Below, piece by piece: positions 37,304 through 46,520 of a stretch of 64,000 nucleotides of DNA (position 1 is its first letter; each line of letters starts with the position of its first letter). The notes beneath the pieces were generated by a model, which was not told where the DNA came from, did not search any database, and was given only the letters and a program-made list of their open reading frames with translations. Location of the stretch: the NCBI GenBank assembly GCA_036679605.1, contig JAZDCZ010000085.1, positions 1 through 64,000 of the forward strand. The letters are read 5' to 3'. This stretch comes from Gemmatimonadota bacterium (GTDB taxonomy: Bacteria > Gemmatimonadota > Gemmatimonadetes > Gemmatimonadales > GWC2-71-9). Position numbers and translations under genes: made by a program.

Positions 37304-39628
37304 ATGAGGATGCAAATGCGAAGCCCTCTCAAGTTCGCTGTGCCTGTACTCGCTCTTCTGCTGGCGGTTCCCGTCTCAGCACAGCAGATCCCAGCGCCCG
37401 AATCTGTCCTTGGATTCGTTCCGGGAACGGATAAGAAATTGGTCGAGTGGCCCATTCTGGTCGATTACTATCGCCAACTTGCGGCAGCCAGTGATCGCGT
37501 GGAGTACAGAGAACTCGGGAAAACCACGCTCGGCGCTCCATTCGTCGCGCTCATCATCTCAAGCGCCGACAACATGACGCAATTGAACGAGATTCGCGCC
37601 ATGAACGCCAAGCTAGCCGACCCGCGCACGTTGCGATCTGATACGGAAAAGCAACAAATCTTGGACGAGGGCAAGACGATCGTCCTAATCACGTCGAGCA
37701 TTCACTCTACGGAAGTCGGCGGACATCTGACTCCCACGTTGATCGCACATAAACTGGCCAGCGAGAATACGCCGGAGGTCAAACAGATTCTCGACAACAC
37801 CGTCGTACTGCTTGTGCCGTCGCTCAACCCGGACGGAGTGACAATCGTTGCGCGGTGGTACAACAGGACGTTGGGGACCCCTGCAGAAGGCAGCAGACCG
37901 CCGGAGCTATACCATCACTACGTAGGGCACGACAACAACCGGGATTGGTACGCGTTCACGCAGGTGGAAACGCAATACACTATCGATAGTCTGTACAGCG
38001 TGTGGCATCCGCAGATAGTTCACGACATACATCAACAAGGGTCGAACGGAAGCAGGTTCTTTCTACCGCCGTTCATGGATCCAGTCGAACCGAATGTCGA
38101 TCCTTTGATCGTGGAGGGATTCACTACCCTTGGCACATACATGGCGTGGAAGCTCGCCGGCCAAGGCAAGACAGGAATCGTGAAAAGCTCGACCTACGAC
38201 GCCTGGACGCCGGCGCGGGCTTACATGCACCATCATGCCGGTGTCCGCGTGCTGTCAGAGACCGCCAGCGCTCGTCTCGCTAGTCCCATAGAAGTTCCGT
38301 TCGAGCGACTCCGTGGTCGTCGCGGTTTCGACGCCCAGAAATCGAGCTGGAACTTCCCGAATCCATGGCCTGGCGGCAAGTGGACGTTAGCGAACATTGT
38401 GGACTATCAAACATCAGGTGCTTTTGCACTGATGGAGCACGCTGCCAAGGGACGGCGCACGTGGCTTTCCAATTTTGCACGCATTGGTGAACGAGCGGCA
38501 CACGGGTGGAAAAACTGGCCATACGCATACGTGATACCCTACGAAAACCAGAACTCCATATCGCTCGCGACCATGCTGAAAATCATGGAACGAGGGCAGG
38601 TCGAAGTTCGAACCGCCAAGAAATCGTTCTCGGTTGACGCGAACGAATATCCCAAAGGAACGTACGTCATGGTACTGAGGCAGCCCTACGCCTCGTTTGG
38701 GAAGGCACTGCTGGAACTCCAAGACTATCCCGACTTGAGACTCTATCCTGGTGGGCCGCCGAAGCCGCCGTACGATGTCACCGCACACACACTGCCGCTT
38801 CTCATGGGAGTGGACGTTGCTATGGTGGATGACAGCATTCCCGTCGAGCTGTCCGATCCGGTATCGGTGCCTGCCCCTCGCACATGGTACAACGGCTTGA
38901 GCCGTGACTCGGGCAGTCGGCGTATCGGTCTCTACAAGAGCTTCACCGGCTCGATGGACGAAGGCTGGACGCGGTGGATTTTTGACACGTGGCACATGAG
39001 GTATGAGTCACTCAGCAACTCCGACATGCAGCAAACCAACCTCGCCAAAAAATACGACGCCATAGTGATACCCGACATGTCACAGCGTGAGATCTTGGCG
39101 GGGTTGCCCGCCAGCAGCTATCCGGTCGAGTACACTGGTGGTTTGAAAGGTGAGGGTGCCCTGAGATTAAAACAATTCGTTCTCGATGGTGGGACCGCTA
39201 TCTTTTTGAACGCATCTACCGCTTTTGCGATCGATCTTTTTGAACTTCCGGTGCGCAACGTGCTCGCCGGTCTCGGCTCAGAGGAGTTCTACGCCCCTGG
39301 CACCATCTTCAGATTGCAGCTCGATACCGGGCACCCACTGACCCGGAACATGCCGGAGGAAACCATCGCATGGTTTCAACGCAGCCCAGCATTCGCGGTG
39401 TCCGACACCAGCTCAATAAAGATTGTCGGACGTTATCCCGACGATCCCGACGACGTTCTGTTGTCGGGTTGGGTGTTAGGACCCGATCATGTTGCCGGTA
39501 GGGCTGCGCTAATCGACGCATCCGTTGGCAAGGGTCACGTGGTGTTGTTTGGATTCAAACCGCAGTACCGCGCTCAGACGATCGCGACCTTTCCGCTGCT
39601 ATTCAACGCGTTGCAGCCGAGAAAATGA
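37304..39628 (+). CDS. M14-family zinc carboxypeptidase with C-terminal GATase-like domain
   Basis: Signal peptide, HSTE, NPDG, DNNRD, HDIHQ. Confidence 0.88.
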   Translation: MRMQMRSPLKFAVPVLALLLAVPVSAQQIPAPESVLGFVPGTDKKLVEWPILVDYYRQLAAASDRVEYRELGKTTLGAPFVALIISSADNMTQLNEIRAMNAKLADPRTLRSDTEKQQILDEGKTIVLITSSIHSTEVGGHLTPTLIAHKLASENTPEVKQILDNTVVLLVPSLNPDGVTIVARWYNRTLGTPAEGSRPPELYHHYVGHDNNRDWYAFTQVETQYTIDSLYSVWHPQIVHDIHQQGSNGSRFFLPPFMDPVEPNVDPLIVEGFTTLGTYMAWKLAGQGKTGIVKSSTYDAWTPARAYMHHHAGVRVLSETASARLASPIEVPFERLRGRRGFDAQKSSWNFPNPWPGGKWTLANIVDYQTSGAFALMEHAAKGRRTWLSNFARIGERAAHGWKNWPYAYVIPYENQNSISLATMLKIMERGQVEVRTAKKSFSVDANEYPKGTYVMVLRQPYASFGKALLELQDYPDLRLYPGGPPKPPYDVTAHTLPLLMGVDVAMVDDSIPVELSDPVSVPAPRTWYNGLSRDSGSRRIGLYKSFTGSMDEGWTRWIFDTWHMRYESLSNSDMQQTNLAKKYDAIVIPDMSQREILAGLPASSYPVEYTGGLKGEGALRLKQFVLDGGTAIFLNASTAFAIDLFELPVRNVLAGLGSEEFYAPGTIFRLQLDTGHPLTRNMPEETIAWFQRSPAFAVSDTSSIKIVGRYPDDPDDVLLSGWVLGPDHVAGRAALIDASVGKGHVVLFGFKPQYRAQTIATFPLLFNALQPRK

Positions 39629-40854
39629 TTCGAGATCGTAGTGCAGTGATGCTCGCCCTCGCCATCCTGTTGTCAGCGCGAGTACTCGGTGCACAAGACG
39701 CTCAGCCTCCACCTTGGAGGAGCGGCCAACATCACGGTAAGCAACGTCCCAACTATTTGGCGGAGATTACTCCTCAGGGGGGCTTAGCCACAATCAACCT
39801 ACCGCCACCACCGCCCGGCGCATCGCCCGCCGTGGTCAAGGGATTGTACGTAAACGCATGGATATTTGGGTCGAGCAGGTTCTATGACTTGGTCGCGTTG
39901 GCTGACACAACCGAAGTCAACGCGTTCGTGATCGATATCAAGGACGGCACTGGTTACATAACATACAGATCGAGCGTTCCCGTTGCCGAGGCGGTCGGCG
40001 CGAACGCTTGGGCGCGAGCGCCGGACGTCAGAAAGCGCCTAGCGGTATTGCGAGAACACGGTATCTACCCGATCGCCCGCATCGTCGTCGCGAAGGACAC
40101 GTTGCTCGCCACCCATAAGCCGGAGTGGGCCGTTCACTCTGCAGGCGGTGGCCTGTGGCGCGATCGATTCGGAGGTGCGTGGGTCGACGCGTACCGTGAT
40201 TCCGTTTGGATCTACGCAGCAGATCTGGCGGCCGAAGCTGTGCTACTCGGGTTCAGAGAGATCCAGTTCGACTATGTAAGATTCCCAGACGAAAAGGCTG
40301 AACTGTTGGAGCAGGCGATATTCCCCGCTAGGGAACCTCGTGAATCACGACGCCGCGGGATTCGCCGCAACCTCACTTTGGCAAAGGAGCGACTCGAGGC
40401 CTTGGGTGTTCCGCTCACCGTAGATGTGTTCGGGCTCACCACGAGCGCTTTGGACGATCTTGGAATCGGTCAGAATTGGGAAGATCTGCTGTCGGTGGTC
40501 GACGTCGTGCTTCCGATGGTCTACCCCAGCCACTACTACAAAGGTGCCTATGGATTCAGTTTTCCCAATGCCGAACCGTACGGAGTAGTTCGAAGGGCAC
40601 TCGAAGACGGTCTGCGCCGCGCGGCGAGCGTCGCCGGCGCCGCTCAGGTTAGACCTTTCTTACAGTCATTCTCGATCCGCCGCGTACGCTACACTGCTGT
40701 CGAAGTGCGGGCTCAGATAGCTGCGGTAGAAGATGTGGGTCTCACCGACTGGGTGCTGTGGAACGCGAGCGGCCGTTATCCGGCCGGCGCGTTCCGGCCG
40801 AGCGATTCCCCGTACGTCGACTCAGCGACAACGGTCGATCGCAGGCCCGATTAG
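39625..40854 (+). CDS. Putative glycoside hydrolase (DUF4015-like)
   Basis: VIDIKD..G, IARIVVAKD, EIQFDYVRFP, IGQNWE, PMVYPSHY. Confidence 0.85.
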   Translation: MIRDRSAVMLALAILLSARVLGAQDAQPPPWRSGQHHGKQRPNYLAEITPQGGLATINLPPPPPGASPAVVKGLYVNAWIFGSSRFYDLVALADTTEVNAFVIDIKDGTGYITYRSSVPVAEAVGANAWARAPDVRKRLAVLREHGIYPIARIVVAKDTLLATHKPEWAVHSAGGGLWRDRFGGAWVDAYRDSVWIYAADLAAEAVLLGFREIQFDYVRFPDEKAELLEQAIFPAREPRESRRRGIRRNLTLAKERLEALGVPLTVDVFGLTTSALDDLGIGQNWEDLLSVVDVVLPMVYPSHYYKGAYGFSFPNAEPYGVVRRALEDGLRRAASVAGAAQVRPFLQSFSIRRVRYTAVEVRAQIAAVEDVGLTDWVLWNASGRYPAGAFRPSDSPYVDSATTVDRRPD

Positions 40855-40860
40855 CACTAG

Positions 40861-42891
40861 CTAGCTGACGTCTGCCCCCGATTCCCAGACCGCGATGCAT
40901 CCGGCTATCGCACTTGCAGCGGTTGTGTAGGGACTAGCTAAGTAGAGTTGCCCCGGGCCAGAGCGGCCCGGAAAGTTGCGGTTGATGGCGCTGATAGTGA
41001 CGGTCTCCTTGTCGTACGAGACACCGGGACCCGCGTTGATACACGCACCGCACGACGGCTCGATGAAGGTTGCACCTATTTCGTCGAACAGATCGAGATA
41101 TCCCTGCTCCTCACAATAGCGTCTCACGTCCTGAGAGCCGCACTGGATGAAACAACTAACGTCGGCGTGCACGCGTTTGCCGCGACCCAACGCCTCCCGA
41201 AAAACACGCGCGTACATGTCCATGTCCGATTTCTTGCCCGCCGTGCAAGAACCGGCGTACGCTATGTCTACCTTGACCGTTTCGCCGAGTTCTTCGATAA
41301 ACAGGCCGTTTCCGGGATCTCCCGGTAACGCTACAAGCGGTTGCAGATCGCTCGCGGTGAGTTCGATTACCTTGTCGTATTCCGCATCGGGATCGGAGAA
41401 AAGACCCTCCAGTGACGCCTCTGCTTCCGCCTGATTCATTCCGCGCTCGTGCACGAGAAACTCTACCGTTCGGCTGTCCGGTTTGACGATTCCGGTGAAC
41501 GCTCCCACCTCAGCTGCCATGTTAGTCATCGTCGCACGTTCGTCTACCGTGAGTTGCTCGATGGCCTCGCCGGCATACTCAACGATCTTGCCGATCGCGT
41601 TGCCATTCTTCACGTAAGGATGGCGAAGAATCTGGAGCATGAAGTCCTTCGCCGTTACGTTATCAGGCTTACCGCCCGTAACGCGGATGAGAACCGCACC
41701 GGGAACCTTGATTCGCACGTCCTTCGTGAGCCAAGAGTTGAAGATCGCCGTCGTACCGACACCGAACGCGATGCAACCGACAGCGCCGGCATGTGGCGTA
41801 TGGGAGTCGCTACCAATTATCACCTGGCCCGGCAGGGCGTGCTGCTCGAGAATCTTGGAATGACAAATCGCCTCGGACCCTTGGACAATCTCGTTACGTC
41901 CCAGGCGAGGAAGCTCACCGTAGAGCTTTACTCCCTGGATCTCCGCGAATTCCTCCTGCTTTCTTTTCAACTCCAACGCCACGTCGAGCAAGCCCTCCGC
42001 TTTCCGTTCGTCGGTCATCGCGATTTCCAGAAACGTTAGGTGATCGCGGAAGAGCAATACTGATTCGGGATCTACTATGCACTCGTTCTTACCAACGTTC
42101 CTCTCCCAGAGAATCGCTGACATCGGAGTGACATATTCGTGACTGAAGCGGATGTCAGTACGAACGAATCCCTCATCCCCCGGGTCCACGCTCGTCACGC
42201 CGATTTCGTCCTCTGCGAGATCAGTTACCCAGTGACGCGCAATTATCTTTTCACCTATCGTCATCGGCCGCGCATGATCGGCTATCCGTGGCACCTGTAC
42301 CGACCCTTGGATGCGGGCGACGTTATAATGGAAGAGGCCTCCATGCTCGATCACGGCACGAGTTATGGTGCCGTGTTCTTTGGTGAATTCGCTGAGCGGA
42401 ATCGCCTCACCGCTGCGAATACGATCGACGAGACCAAAGTCGGTGCTCGTCAGAATCCCTAGGTTCTGGCAGTTTTCTTCATAGATGCGCTCGATGTTCT
42501 CGGCAATAACAATGCGGATTCCCGCGCACATCTCCGCATACGGCGACTGCTCGCGCGACGAACCTTTGCCGCGACGCTTGCCACTTACCGAGCAGACGAA
42601 TTTTCCTGCCTTGACACTACCGCGCTCAATAGGGAATTCGCTGCCCGCCTTCAGGCCCAGATAGGGGAACTCGCCGAGCGTATCGTCGTAGTAGTAGCAG
42701 ATATAAGCGGGAGTGATTTCGTCGGTGGAAATATCATCACGCAGTGGGAGAGCGTCCGAAAGCGAAAGGTCTTCGCCACCGAGCTGGCGCCGAATCAGCT
42801 CTGCGTCATTCGCCAAAAACAAGATCCGGCCGGCAATGTCAATGGTTGCTGGCCGTTTCTCAACCTTGCGGCTCTTTATGTCGTCGTGCAT
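40861..42891 (-). CDS. Aconitase-family hydro-lyase with N-terminal swivel (LeuD-like) domain fused to a LeuC-like domain
   Basis: DDISTDEITP and GKGSSREQSP (swivel), then GSDSHT, GSCTAG, PSCGAC and NRNFPGRSG. Confidence 0.88.
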   Translation of the reverse strand: MHDDIKSRKVEKRPATIDIAGRILFLANDAELIRRQLGGEDLSLSDALPLRDDISTDEITPAYICYYYDDTLGEFPYLGLKAGSEFPIERGSVKAGKFVCSVSGKRRGKGSSREQSPYAEMCAGIRIVIAENIERIYEENCQNLGILTSTDFGLVDRIRSGEAIPLSEFTKEHGTITRAVIEHGGLFHYNVARIQGSVQVPRIADHARPMTIGEKIIARHWVTDLAEDEIGVTSVDPGDEGFVRTDIRFSHEYVTPMSAILWERNVGKNECIVDPESVLLFRDHLTFLEIAMTDERKAEGLLDVALELKRKQEEFAEIQGVKLYGELPRLGRNEIVQGSEAICHSKILEQHALPGQVIIGSDSHTPHAGAVGCIAFGVGTTAIFNSWLTKDVRIKVPGAVLIRVTGGKPDNVTAKDFMLQILRHPYVKNGNAIGKIVEYAGEAIEQLTVDERATMTNMAAEVGAFTGIVKPDSRTVEFLVHERGMNQAEAEASLEGLFSDPDAEYDKVIELTASDLQPLVALPGDPGNGLFIEELGETVKVDIAYAGSCTAGKKSDMDMYARVFREALGRGKRVHADVSCFIQCGSQDVRRYCEEQGYLDLFDEIGATFIEPSCGACINAGPGVSYDKETVTISAINRNFPGRSGPGQLYLASPYTTAASAIAGCIAVWESGADVS

Positions 42892-42996
42892 GCTGTGAAA
42901 GCTCACCAGTACTTCCCACCCGAGCAACCTTTAGGTTAGGATTCTCCAGTCATGCCACCTTGGGTCGAACTACGCACAGCTCGAATAGGAACGGCA

Positions 42997-43896
42997 ATGT
43001 CGTTGCTGGGACTACGGCTGCTAGTGGTGACGATGTCGCTTGCGGCCCAGAGCAGCGAACCCACCTCCCTTGAGATCACCGGCGAGTTCCAGTCCAGCAG
43101 AATTGACGAAAGCTCCGGTGTGGCAGTGAGCCGCGAGTTTCCCGGGATTCTATGGACTCACAACGATTCCGACGATGGGGAATGGCTGTATGCAACGAAC
43201 CTGCACGGTGATGACCTGGGGTACATTCGGGTACGAGGCTCGGCATCCAAGGACTGGGAGGACATCGCCTTGGGACCCTGCCCTAACAAGGGAGACGGAG
43301 ATTCGTGCATCTACATCGCGGATACCGGTGACAACAGGGAGCGACGTCGCAGAGTATCCATCTATGTGTTCCCGGAGCCGGCGATCGACAGTTCCGGCCG
43401 CGTGTCTGCGAAGCGCACAGCCCTAGCACACAGACTGCGCGTCTCGTATCCGGACGGCCCGCACGACGTAGAGGCCATGGCCGTGACTCCAAGTGGTGAT
43501 GTGTACCTGTTCGCCAAGGGCCGGTCGGGACCTGTGGCGGTGTACTTTATAGCCCACGACCAAGTCAGCACCAAGGCCGTTACCGCTGAGCGGTTGGGGA
43601 CACTGCCGATCACAACTCAGCCGCGACTCGGTTGGCTAGTTACCGCCGCCGCCATATCCCCAGATGGAACGAAAGTGGCGATCCGGACCTACACAGCACT
43701 GTACTTCTACACGCTGGCCGAAAACAAGACCTTGGAGCCTCTGGGCCCACGCTGTTGGTTGGGGACCTTCCAGGTCCAGGGCGAGGCGGTCGATTTCCTA
43801 GATGAGAGCACGGTGGTATTGACAAGCGAGTCAGCCCTGGGTCGTGCTGGCACGATTGCAACCGCGGTCTGTCCTGTAGACGCAGACGGAAGGTAA
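42997..43896 (+). CDS. Secreted beta-propeller-like hypothetical protein
   Basis: IDESSG...WTHNDS, DWEDIA, IADTGDN, HDVEAM, QGEAV pattern; signal peptide. Confidence 0.7.
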   Translation: MSLLGLRLLVVTMSLAAQSSEPTSLEITGEFQSSRIDESSGVAVSREFPGILWTHNDSDDGEWLYATNLHGDDLGYIRVRGSASKDWEDIALGPCPNKGDGDSCIYIADTGDNRERRRRVSIYVFPEPAIDSSGRVSAKRTALAHRLRVSYPDGPHDVEAMAVTPSGDVYLFAKGRSGPVAVYFIAHDQVSTKAVTAERLGTLPITTQPRLGWLVTAAAISPDGTKVAIRTYTALYFYTLAENKTLEPLGPRCWLGTFQVQGEAVDFLDESTVVLTSESALGRAGTIATAVCPVDADGR

Positions 43897-44022
43897 TTCG
43901 ATCCATTTGGCCCCGTAGGTACTGGCCGAATCGAGTCCCAAGGGGTATGTTCCCGCCCCTAGTAAGCCGCCATCCCATCAGACTGCAGAGAGAGCACCCT
44001 GGAACTACCGACTTCCCATCGA

Positions 44023-45105
44023 TTGCCAGCTACCTGGATCCGCGAAAACGCTTGTGCCCCAATACGTTGGCGCGTGGCTACCGAGATTCTGCCGCCCGGA
44101 AGTGTTTCCGACGACGAACTTGCCCAACTCAAGAACGAGGTGCTGCAATACCGAAAGGTCAAGCAGATCTTGCGTAAGCAACGCACCAACGGCTCTTGGA
44201 GCGGCAACATCCTGGGGATCTCGGCGTCCAAGGCCCAAGGCATCAAAGACGTAGGCACCATGGTCCGATACCGCCAGCTCACTGAGCTGGGTGTTCCCCG
44301 CGATCAGCGCGCATATCGCCACGCCGACCGATTGTTTTATCGCATTCTATCGCGAGATGACGATCCGGCCCTGTTGTTCGAGTACCAGAAGGCCGCCAAG
44401 ACCAATCCAGAGCTTGCTCGTTGGGCAAGGGACATGTTCCGTGAAGCGGCCACGGCCACCCTGGCCCACGCCAATCTCATCGAGGATCCCCGGGTGCGTG
44501 GTGCGGCACACCGAATTGTTACTAACCTGTCGCAATTCCTGCGTAGTGAGCTGGCTGAAAAGCCAATAATTAGGAAGAGTTCCCATAATATTCTACAGGC
44601 CGGCGCATGCCCGCCAACGGTCTTCTCGGTCGCTACAATGGCCTTCATGCCTCGCCTGCAGCGGGAGCGTGCTGGTTTTGTGGATCGACTGGAGGCCTAC
44701 ATCACGAAGCCCGCACCCAAGAGAACCTATGTGGTCTCGCTAGGGCGCAAGACCGTAAAGCCCACGTTTTATATCCTGGGAGAACCACTGCGGGCCGACG
44801 CTGCCGGCAATCCTAAGGACCTTCCGTTTGCACTCCACTGGATCGAGCTGTTGATAAGACTGGGGATGCTCAAGCAATCATCGGTAGCAGTACGAATCCT
44901 GTCGCGCCTGATACGCGAGTGTGACGCGAACGGTGTATGGAATCCCCACAATCTGCGAACTCTCCCCAAGAGTGCTTCCAAATTGGCCGATTTCGGTTTC
45001 CCGCTCGAAGTTGACGGTCGGACAGCAGAACGCAGACGGGCTGATGTGACGTTCCGATTGGCGCTTCTGGCCAAATTGGCCGGTTGGGACCTCGAACTCA
45101 CCTGA
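44023..45105 (+). CDS. Conserved hypothetical protein (possible alpha-barrel, prenyltransferase-like repeats)
   Basis: Long ORF with QRTNGSW and DANGVW segments; start uncertain. Confidence 0.65.
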   Translation: MPATWIRENACAPIRWRVATEILPPGSVSDDELAQLKNEVLQYRKVKQILRKQRTNGSWSGNILGISASKAQGIKDVGTMVRYRQLTELGVPRDQRAYRHADRLFYRILSRDDDPALLFEYQKAAKTNPELARWARDMFREAATATLAHANLIEDPRVRGAAHRIVTNLSQFLRSELAEKPIIRKSSHNILQAGACPPTVFSVATMAFMPRLQRERAGFVDRLEAYITKPAPKRTYVVSLGRKTVKPTFYILGEPLRADAAGNPKDLPFALHWIELLIRLGMLKQSSVAVRILSRLIRECDANGVWNPHNLRTLPKSASKLADFGFPLEVDGRTAERRRADVTFRLALLAKLAGWDLELT

Positions 45106-45157
45106 TGGACGGCCCGGACCCTGAAGGCTTGATGTAATCCAAGTGTACGATTAGTGT

Positions 45158-45173
45158 AGTAGTAACAACTACT
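45158..45173. promoter_or_regulatory. Palindrome upstream of the TrmB-family gene
   Basis: AGTAGT-AACA-ACTACT, 6 nt before the TTG start. Confidence 0.5.
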
Positions 45174-45179
45174 CCTACA

Positions 45180-45875
45180 TTGATCAACCTCGTACCGTTC
45201 GGGTTTACCCAAACTGAGGCCCGAGTTTACTCGGCAATGCTGGATCGTGGACCGGCGACGGCCTACGATCTTGCTAGGTCAACCACCCTTGCCCGGGCCA
45301 ATACCTACCAGGCCCTCTACGGACTCGTAGAGAAGGGTGCCGCCATCCTTGTTAGTGAAAAGCCCAAAATTTTTCGCCCTGTCTCACCTGACGCTGTTTT
45401 GACCCTCATGGCAGAACTTGAGGCCAGGCGTTTGGACCAACTGGAGGCAGAGGTTGCTGAACTCAGCAAAATGGGGGAGCCCGCGACGGTGAAGTTTTCT
45501 GACCGGCGCGCTTTTGAGGCAGTCGTACTCAGAAACGCAGTGCGAGCCGAGTCGATCAGGTGCGTTGCAGCGCCAGAAATTCTCAAGACCCTAGCACCAA
45601 TCTGGCGAAAGCGGGCAGCCGATGCGAAGCGAACCGAACTCTGGGTAATCGGAGAGTCATCGGGTGGATCAGATGGGGGAGCGGCGCTAAGTGGTTCAGT
45701 ACCTCTGAAACTCGTCATCGACATCTTCGGGAGTAGCGTTGCCCTGCTACTGAGTCCTGAGGTGGCCATCGTTGCGCTCGAGACGGAAGCGGGTGAAGTC
45801 GCTGGCTGTTGGACGTCGGAGCTGCTGCTGACCGGCATGGTCAGAGCTGCGGTGGCGTTATTAACCGGCGCTTGA
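45180..45875 (+). CDS. TrmB-family transcriptional regulator
   Basis: FGFTQTEARVYSAML...TAYDLAR...RANTYQALYGLVEKG...PKIFRPVSP. Confidence 0.88.
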   Translation: MINLVPFGFTQTEARVYSAMLDRGPATAYDLARSTTLARANTYQALYGLVEKGAAILVSEKPKIFRPVSPDAVLTLMAELEARRLDQLEAEVAELSKMGEPATVKFSDRRAFEAVVLRNAVRAESIRCVAAPEILKTLAPIWRKRAADAKRTELWVIGESSGGSDGGAALSGSVPLKLVIDIFGSSVALLLSPEVAIVALETEAGEVAGCWTSELLLTGMVRAAVALLTGA

Positions 45876-45903
45876 CGATGATCAATGTACGGGCCATGTT
45901 TGA

Positions 45904-45929
45904 CATATTCATCCAACTGGTTGAATATG
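45904..45929. promoter_or_regulatory. Palindromic candidate TetR operator overlapping the start codon
   Basis: CATATTCA-TCCAACTGGT-TGAATATG; overlaps a TTGACA at 45900-45905. Confidence 0.55.
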
Positions 45930-46511
45930 GACTCTCTCATACATACGTACGTAAACAGCAAGCATAGAATAGCTTTAGCTGCCAAAGAGGAGTTCGCCAA
46001 GTTCGGATTTTCCGGGGCCAGGGTAGCTCGAATAGCGAAACGGTCAGGGCTCAACAAGCAACTGATCTTCTATTATTTCGGCTCAAAATCTCAACTTTAC
46101 GAGGCCATCCTGAGCCGCGCCAGTGCCGATTTGTTGCCCGTGGTCCGCTCCGCTCCGGGAAAACCACCGAGTCGCCGCCTAAGAGACACGATCGCCAATA
46201 TCATGTCATCGTTGGATGAAAACGCCGATTTGGCGAGGCTCCTGTTGGGGGACCGCAGAGACTCCAAGTCCGCGGCCAACCTGGCGCACCGGACGGCCAG
46301 CGACCTGGTGGCAACGATTTGCAACGTAGTTTCGGAAGGTCAGGGACTGGGATATTTTCGTGACGACATCGACCCGATGTCAATTGCACGCAACTCGTTC
46401 GCTTTAGTGCTGGGACACCGCGCCCTGTCGTCCCTCACTGACGAACCGACATCCTCTCAAGAGTCGTCAGATCAGATCACAGACTGGCTGTTGCGATTAC
46501 TAGCTTGGTAG
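45927..46511 (+). CDS. TetR/AcrR-family regulator
   Basis: AAKEEFAKFGFSGARVARIAKRSGLNKQLIFYYFGSK; start ATG 45927 preferred. Confidence 0.9.
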   Translation: MDSLIHTYVNSKHRIALAAKEEFAKFGFSGARVARIAKRSGLNKQLIFYYFGSKSQLYEAILSRASADLLPVVRSAPGKPPSRRLRDTIANIMSSLDENADLARLLLGDRRDSKSAANLAHRTASDLVATICNVVSEGQGLGYFRDDIDPMSIARNSFALVLGHRALSSLTDEPTSSQESSDQITDWLLRLLAW

Positions 46512-46520
46512 ATCGGTTGG

